Assembly: GCF_009914755.1 (NCBI RefSeq)
Contig: NC_060941.1
Length of the DNA stretch: 64,000 bases
From: the human T2T-CHM13v2.0 reference genome, Homo sapiens
Strand: one strand, 5' to 3'
Shown here: piece by piece, positions 47,454-64,000 of the stretch
How the letters are laid out: each line of letters opens with the position of its first letter
Numbering within the stretch: the stretch's first letter is position 1
The notes under the pieces: model-generated
What the model saw: the letters and a program-made list of their open reading frames with translations, nothing else
The model's database searches: none
Told to the model about the DNA's origin: nothing
Program-made: the position numbers and the translations under genes

Positions 47454-48940
47454 CCAGCCCCAGCCTCATCCTACTGCAGGCCTGTGTGGCTGCTGGAGAA
47501 GCCGGGCTCCTTTCCTCACTCCAAGGCTGCCTGATATACTTTCTGGATCCTGGAGAAAACTGACCCACTATTCTCATACTGGTGCAGCTTCTTCCAAGAC
47601 CTCAAAATTGGACAACGTGAACTTGTCTTGTTTCTTGTCTCTTCTTGCTAGGACTGTCATGGGGACAGTCTGAGATGGGGGGTGGGGGGAGAAAATGGAT
47701 GAATGGATGGATGAATGGACATCCCCCCACCAGCATTACCACCTCCTCCTAAACATAGTCCTGAGAGCTCTATTTCCTGGTAAACTTCCTCCTTCCCACC
47801 CTGGTCCAGGGAAGCCCAAAGGCCAGCGCCCTCCACCCACCCTTCCTGGGGTCCACTCTACTGTCTGCTTGCCCAGATGTCTTAACCCAGCTTTACCAAG
47901 CTAGGACAGATAGCAGGGATGAGCCCCCAGCCTCTGCCAGGAAGATTTGCCAAAATGTTCTCAGTTTAGAAGCAGGGGCAGTGACGGGGCCTAGGGATGA
48001 CTCCAGGGTTGTCACTCAAGTAGCAAGAAGGGCAAGGAGGCCTGTTTCCTGCCCTTACCCTGGGAGAACTTGGCCGGGGCTCCACAAGGCCCTGCAGGGG
48101 CAGCAGGAGAGCAAATCCACGCTCCTTTTGAGGAAGTCACCACCATCCCTAGGAAGCAGCAGATGGGGGTGCACTGGCAGAGCCCTCGCGTGCTATAGGG
48201 CGAGGCCAGCAGATCTGTACTCAGCCTCAGCCCCAGGGGAGCTGCAAGATAGACTGAGACCCTCACAGGTTTGGCTCTGTGTCCCCACCCAAATCTCATC
48301 TGGAATTGTAATTCTCCTGTGTCAAGGGAGGAACCTGGTAGGAGGGGATTGGATTTGGGGACAGTTTCCCCCGTGCTGCTCCCCGGATAGTGAGGTAGTT
48401 CTCAGGAGAGCTGATGGTTTCAAAATGTGGCACTTACTGGTTCTCCACTCACTCCCTCCTGCCATCTTGTGAAGAAGGTGCCTGCTTCCCTTTCACCTTC
48501 TGCCGTGATTGCAAGTTTCCTGAAGTGCAAGTCAATAAAGCCTGTTTCCTTTATAAATTACCCAATCTCAGGTATTTCTTTATAGCAGTGTGAAAACAAA
48601 CGAATACAGTCCCCTTCCCTGAGGTGCCTTCTCCTTAGGCAACCAGCTGCCCCCATGCTCCTCCTCTGCCCCCTGGTATTTCCTTTCCCCTCATGAGGCC
48701 CAAGTGATCCACATGGCCAGCCCCAACCCCATCCTACTGCAGGCCTGTGTGGCTGCTGGAGAGGCCGGGCTCCTTTCCTCACCCCAAGGCTGCCTGATAT
48801 GCTTTCTGGATCCTAGAGAAAACTGATCCACTATTCTCATACTGGTGCAACTTCTTTCAAGACCTCAAAACTGGACAACATGAACTTGTCTTGTTTCTTA
48901 TCTCTTCTTGCTATGGCTGTCATTGGGACAGTCCGAGATG
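47454..48940 (+). repeat. ~224-bp direct repeat pair (47454-47677 and 48717-48940)
   Basis: Both copies read CATCCTACTGCAGGCCTGTGTGGCTGCTGGAGA...CCACTATTCTCATACTGGTGCA...GGGACAGTC.GAGATG. Confidence 0.9.
48265..48608 (+). mobile_element. MST/THE1-family MaLR solo LTR
   Basis: GGTTTGGCTCTGTGTCCCCACCCAAATCTCATC...ATAAATTACCCAATCTCAGGTATTTCTTTATAGCAGTGTGAAAAC...AATACA. Confidence 0.8.
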
Positions 48941-50296
48941 CGGCAAGAGCTGAAAAAGGAGAGCTGCTCAGAGCTGAAAAAACCTGCTCAGTGACCCTTC
49001 TCTTTCGTCCTCATGGTGGCTTCGTAGAGTGGGTGCTGTTCCCAAATGTACCCATTCGACAGGTGAGACATCTGGGGTCAGAGAGGCGGTAACCGGCCTG
49101 GGAATCAGACATGACCCTGGATTCTGCTCTCAGCCCTGCTGTGTGCCGTGCTAGACTTCAGGCCTCAACCCTGAGACCTCCCTGCTCTAGATCCCAAATC
49201 TGCCCAGATTTCCGATCCCGATGGGGCAGAGCCTGGCCCTGGCAGAGACACTGGAATGGATCCACTGTGGGTGGGGAGGAGGGAAGGGTCCTCAGAACAC
49301 ACCTGGGGCCTAAGCTGGGTCCTGATGGTCACCGTGGGACCCACTGGACACACATAGTCCCTTGTCTGGGAGTGGCATGGGGAGGCTTCTGCCCTTGGGC
49401 AGTTGTGGAAAGTGAAGGAGCCCTGGAGGACTGGCTGAGGGGAGACTAACTTCCCTTGTGTTCAAAGGGGTCCGGGCACTGGGGTTCTCCCCAAGTATTT
49501 CTTATTCTGTCTGGCCTCGCTTTCCTTTTGCCCTGAGTATTATCAGGAGGGACGGTCCATCTAGATGTTCTCCAGGAGCAAGGACCCACTCTTCTACATC
49601 AGTGACACAGGAACATGAAGCCCCCTCCTGTAGGGACAGCTCAGAATGGTGGAGTCCACAGTCCGTCCCCGAGAGACATGGTTTCCATGAGCACAGTGGC
49701 TGCTTTGGAGACAGTAGATCATTTTCATCCCCAAAACCAAACACACTCCTGCTCAAATGGCGTTATTCTTAAAGCAGCTTCACTGGTTAGACTGAAGGGC
49801 CATGGTAGCCCAAGTGATGAGCGGGGTAGAACGGAGCAATCAGGAGAGATCTTGTTCCTCATAGGAAACTGGGCATCTCTGTGGCCCTGAGCATCCCAGG
49901 AGGCCGATCGTACAGAGACCTCTGGTGCCTGACCGCAGTTCACATCCACATCCCTGGAATAGCCCATCACAGGCTCTTCACCCTTGGCAGGTGGACACCA
50001 TTCAACCTGCCAGGGCAGGTGTGTGCCCGTTTCATGGCATATGGGGACAACGGGATTCTCTGTCCAGGTCCCACTCTTCTCGAGTCCTTGGGAAGATGCC
50101 CACCCCTGCTTAGGGCTTCAGACTGCAGAGACCCATGGATGTGTGGGCCACGGGGTTTGGACCCTTTTTACCAGAGCGCAGTGGTGGAATGCAGGTTATA
50201 CAACCAGCCAGCATCTGGGAGCCCAGCGGGAGCAGTTCAGGGGTTCTCTGAAGCTGTCGGGTACAGTGTAACCTTTAGACAACTTTGTCTCACAGG

Positions 50297-57778
<7,482 letters not shown>

Positions 57779-59341
57779 GTGGGCTCCAGTGCCATGTCCC
57801 CTCCCATGTCACCCTCTGGGGCAGTCAATAGTGGGCGAGTGCCCCGGACCAGCAACCCTACTACCTGGGCCTTCCTCTTCACCTTTTCTTCCTTCTCTTC
57901 CTCCTGGACTCTAAGAAAGTACAGGAGGCCCACCAGTCCTCAGGGCAGGCGCTCAGTGTGTGTATACTGGACATGTTGTGCACGCAGGAGGGGGATGTGG
58001 GCAAGACCCTCCAACAAGCCCCCTCCCACTTTCCACGGTGTCTCGCTCTGCCCCTCACAGGGCCCTCAAAGTTACTAGAGGAGCCAGGCCCATTTGTGGG
58101 AGACCCCCCCCTCCCTACAAGCACCCACAGCCTCAGAGAGCAGCAGAGGCCCCTCACTCCTGCACCTCCTCCAAGGTTGCCAGGACAACAAGCCTTGAGC
58201 AAGGGAGACAAGGGAATTGGGTGTCCCTGACCCACAGGGCATTCAGGGAGAGGGCACAGGCAGGACCATTTTCTTGTCTACTTGATTTTAGAGTCAGTTC
58301 TTACTATTAGGCAGCTACTAATTAGTTGATATTAAAACCAGCCCTCGTTTAGGCATTTTACTTTGATAATATAGTTTTTATTATTTAGGCATTTTATAAA
58401 CTTAACCTTTCTCTTGCTATCTCCCCAGAAAGATGACAAACCTGCATTTATAGTTTTGCAGCTACAGATAATTGTACAAGTAACTAAATATGTGGAATTG
58501 TTAATTTGTGTCAAGCGCTGTACTAGGCATATTATATACATAATTTACTCTATATAGCCCAGTATAAAGTAGTTACCATTATAATCCACATTTTTCAGAT
58601 AAGGAAAATGAGGCACAGAGAATTTAAGAAATATATATAAGTTACACTAGTAGGATGTAGCAAAACCCACATTTAAACCCACATTTCTCCCCAAAGAGCT
58701 TAAACTCCTAACTTTTATGTTATACTGATTTGGTACTTATCACTTTTGAGTCTCAGTTTTCTCATCTAGGAAGTACACTACTTCATTTGTTCATTAATTC
58801 ATTCAGTCGTTTCATTGTCTACCACGTGCTAGGCTATACAGAGGTGCAGGCACAAGGATTAACCAGGAAGAAAACAGACTGTGTGTGCTGTCAAGGGCAT
58901 AACTTTCCAATGAGAGGAGTCAGAGAGCCAGGAAATAAATGACTGTAACGTCATGTGGTGACAAGAACTTTTATGAAAAATGAAGTAGGCTAAAGTAGAG
59001 AGAAAGTGTTGTATTAGAAGCACATTTTACATCATATGTGGAAAATTCTGGTAATGAGACATTTGAATAGCAAGAAGAAGATTCTAGGCAAAAAGTGAGA
59101 CAAAGTTAAGTAGGAGGATGTTCTGGGAAGAACGTGCCCATCAGTGAGGCCAGAGCAAAGTGCACAACGGGAGGATGGTAGACGACAGTTTCAGAGCAAT
59201 GCCAGGAGCTAAATAATGCCAGGCCTTGGGAGACATTGTGGTCAGTTACTGTCCAACCAGGAGGCTGAAACTGCACAGTAATTTGAATAAGGAAAATTGA
59301 AAGTAAATAACTTAACTATTTCAGGGAAATCTCTCTTAAAG

Positions 59342-60198
<857 letters not shown>

Positions 60199-60694
60199 GG
60201 AAAGGCAAAGCAAACACACACACAAAATAGGGACAGCAAATTCACGGAGCTGCCAGTGTGCTCTCCAGAGCTTTAGGCAAGCACTGCAGGAAGAAACAAA
60301 TCTGGAAGAATCTCCCACACACACCAGAAGTGAGTGCTAGACCTCCTTGGAGAGGGTGAGGATGTAGCCTGCTAGAGAGCAGAGAATTTTGCTGAGTTTC
60401 TACACTGACAAAACACTGGAAAACTGCTCCCCTAAGTGCTGCTTGTGACCTGCTCTGTCCCCAGAGAGGTGATGGCCAGGGTTGGCTGCTGTCCCCCACA
60501 AGAGCAAGGTAAGAGGAGCACTCAGAACTAGAAAGAGCCCCAACCTTCTCCAGCGTCCCTTTAGCAGATGCTGCAGATGAAGTTTCACACCGTGCCACAG
60601 AAAAGGCAAAGCCGGCAAGCAAGGTAAAGGGGGGAGGTTTGGAACTGATGGCAATCAGCTCAACAGTGCAAGAAAAATGAGTTTTCTTTTGAAA

Positions 60695-61440
60695 AGACGT
60701 TCAACATCACTGATCATTAGAGAAATGCAAATCAAAACCACAACGAGCTACCACCTCACACTAGTCAGAATGGCTATTACTAAAAAGTCAAAAAATAACA
60801 GATGCTGGCAAGGTTGTGGAGAAAAAGGGAACACTTAGGCACTGTTGGTGGGAGTGTAAATTAATTCAGCCATTGTGGAAGACAGTGGCAATTCCTCAAA
60901 GACCCAAGACTGAAATACCATTCAATGAAGCAATCCCATTACTGGGTGTATACCCAAAGGAATATAAATCATTTTATTATAAAGACATATGCATGTGTAT
61001 GTTCATTCCAGCACTAGTCACAATAGCAAAGACATGGAATCAACCCAAATACCCATCAACGATAGGCTGGATAAAGAAAATGTGGTATATACACACCATA
61101 CACCATGGGGTACTATGCAGACATAAAAAAGAATGAGATCGTGTCCTCTGCAGGGACATGGATGGAGCTGGAGGCCACTATCCTTAGCAAGCTTATAAGT
61201 GGGAGCTAAATGATGAGAACACATGGACACATAGAGGGGAATGACAAACACTGGGGCCTTTCGAAGGGTGGAGGGTGGGAGGAGGGAGAAGAGCAGAAAA
61301 AAAAAATAGTGGGTACTAGGCTTAATACCTGGATGATGAAAGAATCTATACAACAAACCCCCATGACACAAGTGTACCTATGGAACAAGCCTGCGTATGT
61401 ACCCAGACCTTAAAAGTTAAATTTTTTTTAAAAAAAGAAA
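60695..61440 (+). mobile_element. 5'-truncated L1PA-type LINE-1 (ORF2 C-terminus and 3'UTR)
   Basis: HCWWECKLIQPLWK...CMFIPALVTIAKTWNQPK...WIKKMW, the L1 ORF2 C-terminal segment. G-rich 3'UTR and A-rich tail. Confidence 0.9.
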
Positions 61441-61598
61441 AGAGTTTTGCCCTCATTCAAAGAATTTGAGCCAAAGGGTGACATTTTAAATGATATTTTT
61501 GAAAAATCGGCTAGATGGCTTCATGGAAAGACAAAAGGAACAATAGAAGGAGTAAAAAGCATCTAGAAGGACAGGCTACTAATCGAGACCTGAGATGA

Positions 61599-61868
<270 letters not shown>

Positions 61869-63417
61869 TGATCCACCCTCCTCGGCCTCCCAAAGTGCTG
61901 GGATTACAGGCATGAGCCACGGCACCCAGCCTCATTTGCTGTTAAACTCATTTATTGAGTCACCTTTTTCTTCCTCACACTTTTTAGTATTAGAATTTTT
62001 GTGTGTTTTTATTTACCCTAACCTGTCAATTTCATAGTTTCCACTTTCTTGTTGAAGTTTCCAAACTTGACCTCATGCCTTTGAATATACTAATTCTAGT
62101 TGCTTTGACACATTTTTTTCTTTTTCCTTGGCATCTGTTTATTCCTTCTCACAGTGTCTTTTTTCTTCATTGACCCTCACATCTTTGAGCAAATGTACAA
62201 AATATAGTGGGTGAACAACTGGTTTTGTCTGTCTTTAGAGGCCCAACTAATGTTTTCTTTCTCAAATGATTGCTATTTGCTCATGCCAGAAGTATAAGGA
62301 CAGTCAAATTCTGAATTACTTTCATAAAAATTTGGAGTTGGAACCTTTTTGGGCACTCAGTTGGAGAGCAGCCAGCCTGCTGTGGTGACTGGGTGAATTC
62401 TGGTTCCTTCTCACTGCTTTAATGTACCAGCAGCTTTTGATATCCATGACCAAACTGGGAGCCTCTGCAAGACTAGCAGAGGTTTAACACAACCTGGTAG
62501 ATATCCCATCTGAAGTAATAAATGGCTCCAGGGCAAAGCAGCTCTTATTTCTCTAAATGCTGTTTCTCTCCAAATCTTAGCCTGACAATTCTTAGCTGTG
62601 CATTAACTCAGTTAGTGTTAAAAAATAATAATAAATTATTACCTCTTATTTATTTTATTCATTTATTTATTTTATTTTTATTTTTTTGTGATGGAGTCTT
62701 GCTCTGTCACCCAGGCTGGAGTGCAGTGGCACAATCTCGGCTGACTGCAACGTCCGCCTCTGAGAATCAAGGGATTCTCCTGCCTCAGCTTCCCGAGTAG
62801 CCGTGACTACAGGCGCACGCCACTACTAATTTTTGTATTTTTAGTAGACACGGGGTTTCGCCACGTTAGCCAGGCTGGTCTCAACCTCCTGACCTCAAGT
62901 GATCCACCCACCTCGGCCTCCCAAAGTGCTGGGATTATAGGCGTGAGCCACTGTGCCAGGACCTGATTTGTTTTAAAATGTTATTTTACATACAAAACCT
63001 AATTTAAATTATTCTCGGATATCTAATCTGTCTTTATCAGAAGCAAAAGTCTGACATTTATTCATCATAAAAAATGGTATTTGAAATTTTCTCTCACTTG
63101 TGTTGTTTTGTTGTTGACCTCACAAAATTATCTTATAAAAATGTTCTTGATTATGTCTGATAATATTGTTTTGACAAATAATTTTTTCTTTGCGCCATTC
63201 TTGAAACTTTTATATTGTAACGTTAGATGAAAAGAATTAAGAACTATCTTAAACTGGTGTTAGAAAGCAGTGCTTACTAAGGACCTATGTGTTAAAAGAG
63301 AAATGGCACTATTTGTCAAAATGTCTACACAACCACCTAATTTGAATGTATGCTACACTGCAAATAAAATGTTTATATTTATAAATGTCTTATTTTTTGT
63401 CACAGCGTAGACTGAAT

Positions 63418-63475
63418 TGGAGAAGGAACAAAGAAATCTGTAACCGGTGTGATCAATCAGTTGTAAACACCAGCC
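63418..63475 (-). pseudogene. Y3 RNA (RNY3) pseudogene fragment
   Basis: Minus strand GGCTGGT-GTTTACAACTGATTGATCACACCGGTTACAGATTTCTTTGTTCCTTCTCCA matches recalled hY3, with an internal 14-nt deletion and a 3' truncation. Confidence 0.85.
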
Positions 63476-64000
63476 TCCAAATTACCTGTTATTAATTGTT
63501 GGTACTGAGCGTTCACAGTGAAATAGAACCATCAGAAAACATGGGCAAATAAAATTATTAAAAATTCATCTCTATGATGTGCCATGTTCTGAATAGGCAG
63601 TTTCTGAGTGTCTGGGCCATCTGTACAAGAAAGAGAGTTGTTATTTGGTCAAGGACACGTGCATTTTTCAGTCTAGAAGAATGTCATCATTTTCTTGAGG
63701 TAATTGCAATGTTCCTACTCTGTATCAAACAGCAAATACCTCTGATTCCTAAGGCAACAGCATAGTTATTATTTGATTTTTTCCAAGTGAATAAAATGAA
63801 AAATGAAATGTTGTGTCACAATCCCAAAACACTGCTGGCATATGGAATAGTTGAGATGATAGAACATGATTTGACAACTCCAAACTGAAAATATCTATCC
63901 AAGCAGTTGCACTCCTGAAAAACTATTATATTGTCTGGCAAAAGACTCTCTCATGATAGGAAGGTTTTCTAGATATTTCTAGAAATAGAGACAGGGATAA

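Noticed and set aside
60816-61136. 106-aa ORF
   Set aside because: C-terminal remnant of L1 ORF2.

Overview
Human (primate) genomic DNA, recognisable from the encoded proteins as 17p11.2. Roughly 1-32.4 kb is an extremely Alu-dense region holding the 5' half of SHMT1 on the minus strand: a CpG-island promoter and non-coding exon 1 (~20.2-20.35 kb), a candidate AluJ-derived 139-nt alternative 5'UTR exon, and four coding exons (codons 1-173). The gene continues off the left edge. Roughly 32.4-64 kb is a mosaic of duplicated segments. It starts with EVPLL, a copy of envoplakin exons 1-9 spliced to foreign 3' exons from a CDRT15-like relic. Next comes an unprocessed TBC-domain pseudogene closer to the TBC half of USP6 than to TBC1D3 (12 exons, 2 nonsense codons, 3'-truncated), then an AT-rich block with MER30, an L1 3' end and a Y3 RNA pseudogene. 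Main observations: EVPLL carries compensating +1/-1 frameshifts that leave an 87-aa alternative-frame segment inside an open 301-aa ORF, its ancestral N-terminus has become a uORF, and its new stop codon lies where it would escape NMD. The TBC pseudogene keeps the arginine finger. A BC200 retrocopy with target-site duplication lies in a SHMT1 intron. Gene identities and reference comparisons are from recalled sequences, not database searches.
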